A stretch of 56,513 nucleotides of DNA from an uncultured Nitratifractor sp. (GTDB taxonomy: Bacteria > Campylobacterota > Campylobacteria > Campylobacterales > Sulfurovaceae): NCBI GenBank assembly GCA_964500335.1, contig CAZCOI010000060.1, positions 1 to 56,513 of the forward strand, given 5' to 3'. Below are positions 46,830 through 56,513 of the stretch, in pieces. Numbering within the stretch: position 1 is the first letter of the stretch; every line of letters starts with the position of its first letter. The notes beneath the pieces are model-generated. The model worked only from the letters and a program-made list of their open reading frames with translations. It searched no databases and was not told the DNA's origin. The translations under genes and the position numbers were made by a program.

Positions 46830-47782
46830 CTTGGTTGCTCATATTGTAATTTATCAATATTTCTAAATACTCTATCCCATCTAATAGTAAAGCGATATTT
46901 ATTCCATTTTGCTCTACACTCATTAGAAAGCAAATCTATATTGCCACAAACTTTTTTTAGAGCTTGGTAATCTCTACCACCACCAATCCCCTTTGCTACA
47001 CGCTCATAACTTCTATATTCTAAGCTAAACCATGTAAACCAAGGTTTACCAATTATTAGAGAGTAAGGAACTTCACCCCAAAAACGACTATCGTCAGAAT
47101 TATCTCTATTATCTCCTATCATATAGAAATGATCTGGTGATATTTTTTTATAAAAAGCATTCATAGGGCTTATGGTATAGTTATTTATAGGGGCATCAAG
47201 ATCTTGTACATATACGGGTTTCATATCGATTTTATTCATATTTAACTGCATTAAAAGAAAGCTATTACCATTATATTCTGGCTGATACTGAATACCTGGA
47301 TATTTATCTTTATAAGGATTATCTACCCATAATTTACCCATAGCTTTAATAATTTTTTCTTTAGGGTAATGTTTTTTTATATATTCATCACCTTCATGAA
47401 AATGGATTAAAAGATGTTTATCATAATATAATATTTCATCTCCACCAACTGCAACACATCTTTTTACAAAATGTTGTTTTTTATTTGTTGGAACATAAAA
47501 GATTACTATATCTTCTCTTTTTGGGCGAGGACCTTCTATAAGGTGACCATTTCCATTAAAATCTGGTAATACTTTAAGTCCTATTATTGGTATTTCTGGA
47601 ATTGTAATACCATAACTAAATTTTTTTGCAAATAAAAAATCACCAATAAGCAGTGTTCTTTTCATAGAACCACTTGGAATTACAAAAGATTGTAATCCAA
47701 AAAATATAACAATTAAAACTATTATTATAGTACCTGTCCAGCTTGTAGAAAATTTATATATTTTATTTAAAAAGTTTTTCAT
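46826..47782 (-). CDS. lepB: Signal peptidase I
   Basis: SGSMKRTLLIGD (Ser box), KRCVAVGGD (Lys box) and GDNRDNSDDSRFWG. Confidence 0.94.
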   Translation of the reverse strand: MKNFLNKIYKFSTSWTGTIIIVLIVIFFGLQSFVIPSGSMKRTLLIGDFLFAKKFSYGITIPEIPIIGLKVLPDFNGNGHLIEGPRPKREDIVIFYVPTNKKQHFVKRCVAVGGDEILYYDKHLLIHFHEGDEYIKKHYPKEKIIKAMGKLWVDNPYKDKYPGIQYQPEYNGNSFLLMQLNMNKIDMKPVYVQDLDAPINNYTISPMNAFYKKISPDHFYMIGDNRDNSDDSRFWGEVPYSLIIGKPWFTWFSLEYRSYERVAKGIGGGRDYQALKKVCGNIDLLSNECRAKWNKYRFTIRWDRVFRNIDKLQYEQPR

Positions 47783-48624
47783 ATTGCTCTTCTTTTTGCC
47801 GCATTTAATGTATTTTTAAGAAGCATAGCTATTGTCATTGGTCCAACTCCTCCTGGAACAGGTGTGATGAATGAACATTTTTTACTAACATTGTGGAAAT
47901 CTACATCACCTACAAGCTTACCATTTTCAAGCTTATTAATTCCTATATCAATAACAATCGCTCCATCTTTTACCATATCTTGAGTAATTAAATTTGGTAC
48001 ACCAACACCAACAATAATTATATCTGCTTTTTTTGTATGCTCTTTTAAATTTTTTGTATAAATATGTGTAATTGTAACAGTTGCATTAGCATTTAATAAA
48101 AGTGCCGCCATAGGTTTACCTACAATATTACTTGCTCCAACAACACACACATCTTTCCCTTCTAAACTAATATTATACTCTTTAAACATCTCCATAACAC
48201 CAAGAGGAGTACAAGGTGCAAAAGCATCTAAGTTTTCTACTACTCTACCCATATTATAAGGATGAAATCCATCTACATCTTTTTTAGGGTCAATTACTTC
48301 TAAGATTTTAGTAGTATCAATATGCTTTGGTAGTGGGAGCTGAACTAAAATACCATCTATTCTTGGGTTTTCGTTCATCATTTTAATTGTTTCTATTATT
48401 TCGTTTTGTGTAATAGTATCTGGCATTTTATGAACTATTGAATAAAAACCTACATTTTTGCAAGATTTCTCTTTCATCGATACATAGGTGTGGCTTGCAG
48501 GGTCATCTCCAACCAATACTACAGCAAGTCCTGGTACTATACCTTTATTTTTTAGCTGATTAACCTCTTTTGATATATCTTCTTCAATTTTTTTTGATAA
48601 TTTTTTACCATCTATTAGTGTCAT
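47779..48624 (-). CDS. folD: Bifunctional methylenetetrahydrofolate dehydrogenase/cyclohydrolase
   Basis: PGLAVVLVGDDPAS..YV..K, VQLPLP, DVDGFHP, VVGASNIVGKP and TPVPGGVGPMT. Confidence 0.95.
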   Translation of the reverse strand: MTLIDGKKLSKKIEEDISKEVNQLKNKGIVPGLAVVLVGDDPASHTYVSMKEKSCKNVGFYSIVHKMPDTITQNEIIETIKMMNENPRIDGILVQLPLPKHIDTTKILEVIDPKKDVDGFHPYNMGRVVENLDAFAPCTPLGVMEMFKEYNISLEGKDVCVVGASNIVGKPMAALLLNANATVTITHIYTKNLKEHTKKADIIIVGVGVPNLITQDMVKDGAIVIDIGINKLENGKLVGDVDFHNVSKKCSFITPVPGGVGPMTIAMLLKNTLNAAKRRAI

Positions 48625-48684
48625 ACTAACCCTTTATTTTAAAGAATTTGGGTATTATATCCAAAAAAAGATTAGGGGTCTCAT

Positions 48685-49164
48685 TTGAAAAATTGGTTTA
48701 TCTTAATAGTTTGTACAATTTTTCTATCTGGGGAAGATTTTATATCTGAATTTGAGTATGGTCAGATGCTTTATAAAAACCCTAGGGGTGTTAGTTGTGC
48801 AAGTTGCCATGGAGATTTAGGTGATGGGGCTTATATTGCTTCTTTTTTAAATAAAGATGGAGTTAAAATAAATTTTTATGGTCCAGATATTAGAGCTTTA
48901 GATATAAAAAATTTTAAAAAAGCAATATTAAGTGGTGGTAAGATTATGCCAAAATATTATTTAACAAATAAAGAGATTGAAGCTATTTTTAAATATATTA
49001 AAATTGTAAATAACTACGAAAAACCAAAAGAGACTCAAGATAATAACGATTCTAACTTACCTGAAGTTGTTGTAGATGATAATTATACATTAGAAGAGAA
49101 CGATACAAATAGTAGTAATAATACATTTTTGGGTAAAATATTTAAAGTAAAAGAAGAGGAGTAG
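48685..49164 (+). CDS. Small periplasmic mono-heme c-type cytochrome with Asn/Asp-rich tail
   Basis: Signal-like N-terminus, a single CASCH heme motif, and a distal Met in KIMPKY. TTG start. Confidence 0.75.
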   Translation: MKNWFILIVCTIFLSGEDFISEFEYGQMLYKNPRGVSCASCHGDLGDGAYIASFLNKDGVKINFYGPDIRALDIKNFKKAILSGGKIMPKYYLTNKEIEAIFKYIKIVNNYEKPKETQDNNDSNLPEVVVDDNYTLEENDTNSSNNTFLGKIFKVKEEE

Positions 49165-49167
49165 ATT

Positions 49168-50403
49168 GTGGAAGAGTTTTTAAAAAGAGCAAAAGAGTCA
49201 AGTTCAATTATTGCTACATTACCTAGCGCACTAAAAAGAGAGATTTTAAATGATATGGCAAATGCACTAGAAGATAGTTCTAAATATATTATAGAGCAAA
49301 ATAGTATTGATATGACTAATGCAAAAGAGCAAAATTTAAGTAGTGCACTGGTTGATAGACTTTTACTTAATGAAAGTAGAGTAGAAGCTATGGCAAAATC
49401 TTTAAGAGAGATAGCTCAGCTAAAAGAGCCTGTTGGTAGGGTAATAGAAGGATGGATTAATGAAGATAATTTAAGAATAGAAAAAGTTAGTGTTCCTATT
49501 GGTGTAATAGGTGTTATTTATGAATCTCGTCCAAATGTAACTGCTGATGTTGGAGCACTTTGTTTTAAAAGTGGGAATGTAGCTATATTAAAAGGTGGGA
49601 AAGAGGCAGAAAATTCAAATAGAGCTATAGCAAAAGTTTTACAAGATGTTTTAGAAAAAAATGGTTTGCCAAAAGAGATAATATCACTTCTTCCAGATAG
49701 TTCAAGAGAAGGAGTAACTTATTTAATTAAACAAGATAAGTATGTAGATTTGATTGTACCAAGAGGTGGAGAGGCTTTAATTAGATATGTATCAAATAAT
49801 GCATCTGTACCTGTAGTTAAACATGATAAAGGGCTTTGCCATACCTATATACATAAAGATGCAAATTTGGATATGGCTATAGAGATTGCAATTAATGCAA
49901 AGTGTCAAAGACCAGGTGTTTGTAATGCAATGGAGACTTTATTGGTTGATAAGAGTATTGCTAATGAGGCTTTACCAAAATTAAAAGAGGCATTTGATAA
50001 AGAGCATACAGAGCTTAGAGCAGATAGTGAAGCACTTAAATTTATTGAAGTAAAAGAGGCAACAGTTAAAGATTTTGATACTGAGTATTTAGCAAATATT
50101 TTAAGTATCAAGCTAGTTGAAAATTTAGATGAAGCAATCAAGCATATTGCAAAATATGGTTCTGGACACTCAGAAGCGATAATAACACAAAATTATAGCA
50201 TAGCTGAGGAGTTTTTAAATAGAGTAGATGCCGCGACTGTTTATGTAAATGCATCTACTAGATTTACTGATGGGGGAGTATTTGGTTTTGGTGCTGAAGT
50301 AGGTATTTCTACTAATAAGCTTCATGCAAGAGGTCCTATGGGGATAAATGAGCTTACAACATATAAATATAAAATATATGGTAATGGACAGATTAGAAAA
50401 TAG
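49168..50403 (+). CDS. proA: Glutamate-5-semialdehyde dehydrogenase
   Basis: VIGVIYESRPNVT, ILKGGKEA, CNAMETLLV (catalytic Cys) and NASTRFTDG. GTG start. Confidence 0.94.
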   Translation: MEEFLKRAKESSSIIATLPSALKREILNDMANALEDSSKYIIEQNSIDMTNAKEQNLSSALVDRLLLNESRVEAMAKSLREIAQLKEPVGRVIEGWINEDNLRIEKVSVPIGVIGVIYESRPNVTADVGALCFKSGNVAILKGGKEAENSNRAIAKVLQDVLEKNGLPKEIISLLPDSSREGVTYLIKQDKYVDLIVPRGGEALIRYVSNNASVPVVKHDKGLCHTYIHKDANLDMAIEIAINAKCQRPGVCNAMETLLVDKSIANEALPKLKEAFDKEHTELRADSEALKFIEVKEATVKDFDTEYLANILSIKLVENLDEAIKHIAKYGSGHSEAIITQNYSIAEEFLNRVDAATVYVNASTRFTDGGVFGFGAEVGISTNKLHARGPMGINELTTYKYKIYGNGQIRK

Positions 50404-50405
50404 CT

Positions 50406-50984
50406 ATGAATAAAGAGATAGTTTTAGATATAAAAGATTTAACTTTTGGTTATAATAGTGATAAGTTATTATTAAAAGATTTCTCACTACAAGTTAGAGT
50501 AGGGGAGTTGGTTGCTGTTGTTGGAAAAAGTGGAGTAGGTAAATCAACTCTATTTGAATTAATAGCAAATAATTTAAAACCAATATCAGGAGTAATAAAA
50601 AGAGATGAAATAGGGTGGATTTTTCAAGACCCATATAGCTCTTTTCATCCATCTTATACTATTTTGAAACAAATTTTAGAGGTTGCAAAAGATATAGAGT
50701 ATAATAAATATTTAAAAAAGCTATCTTTAAAAGAAGAGAATTTAAATTCGCTACCACATGAGTTATCTGGAGGACAATTGCAAAGGTGTAGTATATTAAG
50801 AGCGCTATTAATGCAACCAAAATTGTTACTTTGTGATGAACCAACAAGTGCTTTAGATAATATTGTTCAATTAGAGACAATGAAACTTCTAGTTTCTTTA
50901 TTAGATAAAATGGGAATTGTTTTAATTACTCATGATAAAGATTTGGCAAAATGGGCGGCAGATAAAATAGTTACAATTGGATAG
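50406..50984 (+). CDS. Minimal ABC transporter ATP-binding protein (Opp/Dpp/Nik-F-like NBD, 192 aa)
   Basis: Walker A GKSGVGKST, Q-loop IFQDPYSSFHP, signature LSGGQLQR, Walker B LLLCDEPTSALD and H-loop ITHD. No permease or binding-protein gene is adjacent. Confidence 0.85.
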   Translation: MNKEIVLDIKDLTFGYNSDKLLLKDFSLQVRVGELVAVVGKSGVGKSTLFELIANNLKPISGVIKRDEIGWIFQDPYSSFHPSYTILKQILEVAKDIEYNKYLKKLSLKEENLNSLPHELSGGQLQRCSILRALLMQPKLLLCDEPTSALDNIVQLETMKLLVSLLDKMGIVLITHDKDLAKWAADKIVTIG

Positions 50985-50987
50985 AAA

Positions 50988-52721
50988 ATGAGAATATTTA
51001 TATTAATTTTAATAATATTTACATCTTTTTTATATGCAGAAAATAATCAAACAAGCAATTATCAATTAATAATAAAAGTTTCTAAAAATTTAAATAAAGA
51101 GAGTATTGCTAAAGCAATAGGTGCAAAAGAGAAAGATTTTTTTAATTTTTGGAGCGATGAAGATATTATTACTAAAGATTTTATAGAAAATATCAAACCA
51201 ACCTTAAAAGGATATTTAGAAAATAAAGGATATTTTGATTCTAAAATTGATTTAAAAGTAATAGGAAATAAGATTTTTTTATCGATAGATGAAGGTGAAG
51301 CTATAAAAGTAGTTGATATAAAGATAGATTCAAATTTTGATATTCAATCAATAGTTGATTGGAAAATTGGAGATATATTTTCTAGTGAGAGATTTGATAA
51401 AATTAAAAGCAGTATTAAAAAAAGGCTTTTAGAAGAGGGATATTGTAATGCTAAAGTAGATACAAAAGCATATATAAATTTACATAACCATTCAGCCAAA
51501 CTTAAATATGATATAGATAAAAAGGATATCTGCTATTTTGGAAAAATATATATACAAAAGAGACCAAAAGATATAAAAAAAGAGGTTATTTTATCAAGAA
51601 TTAGATATAAAGAAGGTGATAGATTTGATATTAGAAAAATTGAAGATAGTTATACTAGTTTAAATGCCTTAAATACATTTGCAGATATTCAGATAAAATA
51701 TAATTTAGATACAAAGAGTAAATATGTTGATAGTACTATATCTTTAGATAAAAGAAGCAAATTAAGAAGATATACTTTAGCTTTAGGAGTTGATAGCGAG
51801 GTTGGGCTTAGAGGTAAGCTTATGTGGGAGAGAAGAAACTTTTTAGGTGATGCTAAAAAAATTTCTATTAAAACTTCAATATCAAAAGATAAGCAAGATA
51901 TATCAGCAGAGCTTTTTACACCAGCTTTTTTAAATTTTTATAATTTTTATACCGATTTATATATTTTAGCTGGTTTTTCATTAGATAAAAATAGTGCTTA
52001 TTTAGAGAAATTAGCATATATAAATAGTTATTTAAATTATAGCTATAAAGAGTGGAATTTAAAATTAGGTTTAGAATTAGAAAGGTTAATAATAGATTTA
52101 AACGATGATATCACATCAAAAATTGGCGGTACTTTTAATATTTTATATCCTTATATTTCAATAGAGTACGATAAAAGAGATTCTAAAATTGACCCTAAAA
52201 ATGGTTATTATTTTAAATTATATGGTGAATATGGATTATCATATGGTGATAATGGCGTAGAGTATTTTAAATATTTATTTGAAGGTAGATATATTAAAAC
52301 ATTTGGAGACTTAACACTATCTGCAGTTGGAAAATTTGGTGCTATACATGAAAAAAGTTTATATCTACCTGCCTCTAAACTCTTTTATGGAGGGGGATTG
52401 TTTAGTAATAGAGCTTACGGAAAAGATAAAATTGGATATATTATTTCAAATAAAAGTTTTAGTACTCTTGGAGGGAAAAGTTTTTTAAATTTACAGTTAG
52501 AAGCAAACTATAAAATACATAAAAAGTTTTATGGAGCAATCTTTTTTGATAGTACTATGATAAGCCAAAAGGAGTATAATTTTAAGGGTAAAAGAGTAGA
52601 TACTTTAGGTTTTGGTTTAAGATATAAAACACCAATTGGTCCAATTAAAATAGATGTTGGATTTAATATACATAATACAAAAGATTATGCAATTTCTATT
52701 ATGTTAGGTCAGTCATTTTGA
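50988..52721 (+). CDS. Omp85-family outer-membrane protein, TamA-like (POTRA repeats + beta-barrel)
   Basis: Signal peptide, POTRA-like N-terminal repeats, and a C-terminal barrel with aromatic-rich strands ending in F (MLGQSF). Coupled to a TamB-like gene by a 4-nt overlap. Confidence 0.8.
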   Translation: MRIFILILIIFTSFLYAENNQTSNYQLIIKVSKNLNKESIAKAIGAKEKDFFNFWSDEDIITKDFIENIKPTLKGYLENKGYFDSKIDLKVIGNKIFLSIDEGEAIKVVDIKIDSNFDIQSIVDWKIGDIFSSERFDKIKSSIKKRLLEEGYCNAKVDTKAYINLHNHSAKLKYDIDKKDICYFGKIYIQKRPKDIKKEVILSRIRYKEGDRFDIRKIEDSYTSLNALNTFADIQIKYNLDTKSKYVDSTISLDKRSKLRRYTLALGVDSEVGLRGKLMWERRNFLGDAKKISIKTSISKDKQDISAELFTPAFLNFYNFYTDLYILAGFSLDKNSAYLEKLAYINSYLNYSYKEWNLKLGLELERLIIDLNDDITSKIGGTFNILYPYISIEYDKRDSKIDPKNGYYFKLYGEYGLSYGDNGVEYFKYLFEGRYIKTFGDLTLSAVGKFGAIHEKSLYLPASKLFYGGGLFSNRAYGKDKIGYIISNKSFSTLGGKSFLNLQLEANYKIHKKFYGAIFFDSTMISQKEYNFKGKRVDTLGFGLRYKTPIGPIKIDVGFNIHNTKDYAISIMLGQSF

Positions 52722-55700
52722 AAAAGTTTATATATATTATAAGTTTTTTAGTATTACTGATAGTAGGGTTATACTCTTTTGTTAGTAGTACATATTTTTT
52801 TAATAAATATATTGCTAAAAATATAAAAGAGTATGGTTTTAATTATACTAAAGTAAATGGTGCTTTATTTAGAGGTTTTGAAGTAACTCATTTAAGTTAT
52901 AAAAATAGAGAGTTATCTTCAAAAGTAGAACTTAAAATTAATCCATTAAAATTAATTAATGGTGTTATTTCTGTTAATAAACTTCATTTAATTGATGTTA
53001 GTAAAGATGTTTTAGAAGATATTGTTTCAGATTTTAAACCAGCAGAGAATAATTCATCTTCTGTAAAAATTGATTTAAATTTTGAATTTAAAAATATTTT
53101 ACTTACTATAAAGCCTTTTGTTATTGATAATATTGAAATTTTACAAGCAATGCTAAAAGTAGATAAGATTTCTTATAGTAATTATAAGTTTTATATAGGA
53201 AATTTGGAATATAAATCAAAAAGTAATATAGCGGATGTGTCATTTAAAGGGCAGTTTAGAAATAAAATATTAAAAATTATACAAATAGATGTGAATAATT
53301 TAGATTCTTTAAAATTAGTCTCTATCTTAAAGTCATTAAAAAGTGATAAAGAGAGTAGAAGTAATAGTGAGTTATTAAATAGCCCATTCACTCCAAAAGT
53401 TGTAGAGGTAAAAGATGCATCTTTAACTTTAATACCTTTTAAACTTAAAGAGATATCTCTTAATAATTTAAATTTAAATATAAAAGATGCTAAATTTAAT
53501 GTTGATAAACTTTTTTTAGAGAAAGCTAATTTAGATTTTAATTATCAAAGCCAAGAGTTAGATATAAAAATTGATACAAATTATAAAAATAATAGATTAG
53601 CAATAAATAGTTTGAAAACAAATATTAAAAAACCAAATAGATTAGAGACTTTATTAAAAAGTATAAAAATAGGTGATAATAATTCATCTAATGATAAAAT
53701 TATACCTTTAAATAGTATATATATTTCTAATGCTAAAATAAAACTTAATCATTATAAGTTTCAAAAAGAAGTAGTAAATAAGTTAAAAATAGATATAAAA
53801 GATAGTGAGTATAATCTATTAAATAAGGAGTTAAAGGCTAATAATTTATTAGTTAATTTAGATTCTACTTTAGCAAATATAAAAGGAGAAATAGTAATTT
53901 CAGATGATTTAATATTTAACAATATCAATATTATTTCTGATAATATTGATAAAATTATTAAATTAATACCTGCTAATAATGAGGATAAAAGTACAAATAA
54001 ATTAGTTGATTTACCAAAAAAATTTATTATTAAAAAGTTATCTATGAATGGAAAGAATGCCTCATTTAAGCCATTTATTATAAACGAAGGATATTTATTA
54101 GGAGAAAATATAGAAGGTAAGATTGATAATTTATATCTTAATAAAGGTAAATTAGAAGCATATGTAAAAAGTCCTTGGGGAGAGGCTAGTTTAAAAGGAG
54201 ATATTAAAAAAAATAATTTTTATGCAAAAGGTTTTTATAAACCAAAACAGAAATTATTAGATGAATATTCATTACCTTTAAAAGCAAAAAATTTTGAGAA
54301 ACTTTTAGTAGATGGTAGATTTGGTTTTGAATCTTTAGATATGAAAATATTACTTAAAGGTAAAGACATATTAAAAAATATAAAAAAATTAGATATTTTA
54401 TCTTCTAAAAATCGTTTTATATATAATTATAAAACTTCAAATTTAATATGGAAAATAGATGCAAATATTAATTATCCAATTATTAAAAAATCAAAAATAA
54501 AAAATACTTTAGTATATAAAGATAATAAATTTAGTTATTTTGGTACATTAGAACCTAATATGTTAATATTACTAGATAACACTTTAAATAAACTGTTGCA
54601 AAATTTAAAAGTAAAATATAAAGGTAATACTAAAACTTTAAATGCTAGTGCAATTTCATCTTATTTTAAAGCTAGTTTTACTACTAACTATAAATCAGGA
54701 AAAATAAAAATAGAGAATCTAAAAAATGTAAAACTTAGTAAAATATTTGTTTTGCCTATAGATTTAAAAGATTTAAAAATAAGTGGATTATTAATAAAAA
54801 GTAATTTAAATTTTAATAAATTATATCCTATAAAAGGAGATATTAAATTAACAACTAATTTTCTAAATTTAAATGGTAAATGGAATTATAATAAAATATT
54901 AAATAGTAAATTATTAGTTGTTGTTCCTAAAAGTTCAATACTTTTAAAGAAGTTTAAAAATATAAAATATAATCATATAAATAAATTTGATATGCTTTTT
55001 ACATATAATCATAATTTAGAAATTAAACTAAAAAATAGATTCTTAAATAGTAATATAATATATAATTTTAAAAATTCTAAATTAAATTCAAAAATATTGT
55101 TAAATGGTTTAAATATAGATATATTAAAAATAAATAATAATTTAAAAGGTAAAATAAATATTGGTTCTATTAAAAAAGCACTAGATTCTATATCAAAAGT
55201 ATATACTATAAAAACATTAAATGCCAATGGAAAGCTTAATATAGATTTTAAAGGAGATTTAACAAATGATATTATATTTACAATTAACTCTTCTAAAATA
55301 GTATATAAATCTGATAATGAAAATATTATAGAAAATTTAAATATAAATAGCAGATATTCGAAAAATAGTATAAAAATTGATAAATATAGTTTAAATGTAA
55401 ATGGTTATAAGATTTTTTCAAATAAAAACTCTTTAATAACTATAAATAATAATAAATTAAATTTTGAAAAATTTTGGATAAATGACTCTTTAAATCTGAT
55501 AGGATATTATAATATAGATAGCAATAGTGGTAAATTTGATTTAAATTCAAATAGATTTGAACTAGATAGTCAAAAAGCAAAGGTAGCTATTGCAATTAAT
55601 TCTAAAATATTTATTAAAGATAATAAAAAAGATATAAGTGGCACTATAAATATATTAGAAGGAAAAATAAAAAATGCAATAACTAGGAAAAATGTTGCTG

Positions 55701-56428
55701 ATAATGAAGATATAATAATTTTACAAAGAAAAAAAGAAAAAGAGAATACAAACTTTGCTAAAAATATAAAATTAAATATTAAAATTACAAGTAGCAATAG
55801 TTTAGTATATACATATAATAATAGTTATATAAAAATTACCCCTAATATGACAATTAAAAAAAATTATAACACTTTATCAGATTTTAGAGGAGTTATAAAT
55901 ATAGAAAAGGATAGCTATTATACTCTTAATGGCAAAAAATTAATAGTTACAAAAGGTGTAATAACTTTCAAAGGTAAAAGTAGCTCTCCAAATATTAATA
56001 TAGATTTGAAATATGAAGGAAAAGAGTATATTATTTATATAAATATATCAGGAACGCCAAATAGAACTGTATTATATTTTAGAAGTAATCCGCCATTAAC
56101 AAAAGAACAAATTTTAGCTTATTTACTTTTTGATGATTCAAGTGCAGTAGGAACTCATAATAAAGAAGCAATGCTAAATATGATAGGTGGAAGTTTAGCA
56201 AAATCTTTTTTAGGTTCAATTGGAATTAAATTAGATCATATAGCTGTTAAAGAGAATGGTTTTAGTATAGGTAAAAATGTTAGTAAGAATATTACAGTAT
56301 ATTATAATCAAGATGGTGAAAAATCATCAGTAAAAACAAGAATAGATATAACAAAATCTATTCATACAGATTTAGAAGTTGGTAAAGATAAACAAAGTAT
56401 AGATATTATATTTAGCAACGAGTATTAA
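52718..56428 (+). CDS. TamB-like (AsmA/DUF490-type) translocation and assembly module protein
   Basis: 1236 aa with an N-terminal TM anchor and a long beta-rich Asn/Lys/Ile repeat-like body. The C-terminal DUF490-like segment includes GTPNRTVLYFRSNPPLTKEQILAYLLF. Confidence 0.8.
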   Translation: MKKFIYIISFLVLLIVGLYSFVSSTYFFNKYIAKNIKEYGFNYTKVNGALFRGFEVTHLSYKNRELSSKVELKINPLKLINGVISVNKLHLIDVSKDVLEDIVSDFKPAENNSSSVKIDLNFEFKNILLTIKPFVIDNIEILQAMLKVDKISYSNYKFYIGNLEYKSKSNIADVSFKGQFRNKILKIIQIDVNNLDSLKLVSILKSLKSDKESRSNSELLNSPFTPKVVEVKDASLTLIPFKLKEISLNNLNLNIKDAKFNVDKLFLEKANLDFNYQSQELDIKIDTNYKNNRLAINSLKTNIKKPNRLETLLKSIKIGDNNSSNDKIIPLNSIYISNAKIKLNHYKFQKEVVNKLKIDIKDSEYNLLNKELKANNLLVNLDSTLANIKGEIVISDDLIFNNINIISDNIDKIIKLIPANNEDKSTNKLVDLPKKFIIKKLSMNGKNASFKPFIINEGYLLGENIEGKIDNLYLNKGKLEAYVKSPWGEASLKGDIKKNNFYAKGFYKPKQKLLDEYSLPLKAKNFEKLLVDGRFGFESLDMKILLKGKDILKNIKKLDILSSKNRFIYNYKTSNLIWKIDANINYPIIKKSKIKNTLVYKDNKFSYFGTLEPNMLILLDNTLNKLLQNLKVKYKGNTKTLNASAISSYFKASFTTNYKSGKIKIENLKNVKLSKIFVLPIDLKDLKISGLLIKSNLNFNKLYPIKGDIKLTTNFLNLNGKWNYNKILNSKLLVVVPKSSILLKKFKNIKYNHINKFDMLFTYNHNLEIKLKNRFLNSNIIYNFKNSKLNSKILLNGLNIDILKINNNLKGKINIGSIKKALDSISKVYTIKTLNANGKLNIDFKGDLTNDIIFTINSSKIVYKSDNENIIENLNINSRYSKNSIKIDKYSLNVNGYKIFSNKNSLITINNNKLNFEKFWINDSLNLIGYYNIDSNSGKFDLNSNRFELDSQKAKVAIAINSKIFIKDNKKDISGTINILEGKIKNAITRKNVADNEDIIILQRKKEKENTNFAKNIKLNIKITSSNSLVYTYNNSYIKITPNMTIKKNYNTLSDFRGVINIEKDSYYTLNGKKLIVTKGVITFKGKSSSPNINIDLKYEGKEYIIYINISGTPNRTVLYFRSNPPLTKEQILAYLLFDDSSAVGTHNKEAMLNMIGGSLAKSFLGSIGIKLDHIAVKENGFSIGKNVSKNITVYYNQDGEKSSVKTRIDITKSIHTDLEVGKDKQSIDIIFSNEY

Positions 56429-56463
56429 TAATACCTAAAAATGGAACTATAAGTTTCTAATGG

Positions 56464-56510
56464 TAAAAAAACGCAAAAAAAAGTGAAAAAGAGGCAAAAA
56501 GTACTTGACA
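56464..56510 (+). promoter_or_regulatory. A-tract block followed by TTGACA at the window edge (possible UP element plus -35 of a gene beyond the window)
   Basis: TAAAAAAACGCAAAAAAAAGTGAAAAAGAGGCAAAAAGTAC then TTGACA (56505-56510). The -10 and the gene lie outside the window. Confidence 0.25.
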
Positions 56511-56513
56511 ATT

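Noticed and set aside
53000-55900. Apparent internal repeats in the TamB-like gene as a tandem-repeat or contingency locus
   Set aside because: The repetitiveness is Asn/Lys/Ile-rich low complexity, as expected for a beta-rich protein in a ~30 % GC genome. I could not define exact nucleotide repeat units.

Overview
This is a low-GC (roughly 30 %) chromosomal segment. Its gene content and local synteny look like a Campylobacterota (epsilonproteobacterial) genome: aroQ-pepQ-folK-flhF, ispB-hemA-proS...hemC, cbpA-hspR, and a solitary atpE. About 60 tightly packed genes are mostly housekeeping. They include atpE, tRNA-Leu(GAG), hup, dnaJ, recR, aroQ, folK, flhF, mnmA, csp, speA, cysE, dsbD, ispB, hemA, proS, hemC, prlC, rplI, hslVU, era, kdsB, purH, cbpA-hspR, crcB, rpiB, lepB, folD and proA. 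I saw no transposase, integrase, CRISPR array, restriction system or recognisable defence gene, so I cannot point to a clear-cut new multi-gene system. Five things deserve a second look. (1) Two intergenic arrays of degenerate 7-nt repeats (26500-26667 and 31009-31136) share sequence blocks and a -10-like 5' box. They are strongly G-rich and C-poor on the + strand, and the second is packed with GGA motifs just upstream of era. (2) A complete MSHA/Cts-type type IV pilus or competence assembly cluster (32147-40989, order I-J-K-L-M-N-E-G) has no pilin genes beside it. (3) A minimal orphan ABC ATPase is tightly coupled to tamA/tamB-like genes. (4) A ferredoxin:thioredoxin-reductase-like domain is fused to rhodanese within a thiol-redox neighbourhood. 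(5) cbpA-hspR appears to run straight into DUF190-crcB. All functional calls come from reading the ORF-track proteins for motifs and synteny. No database search was possible.
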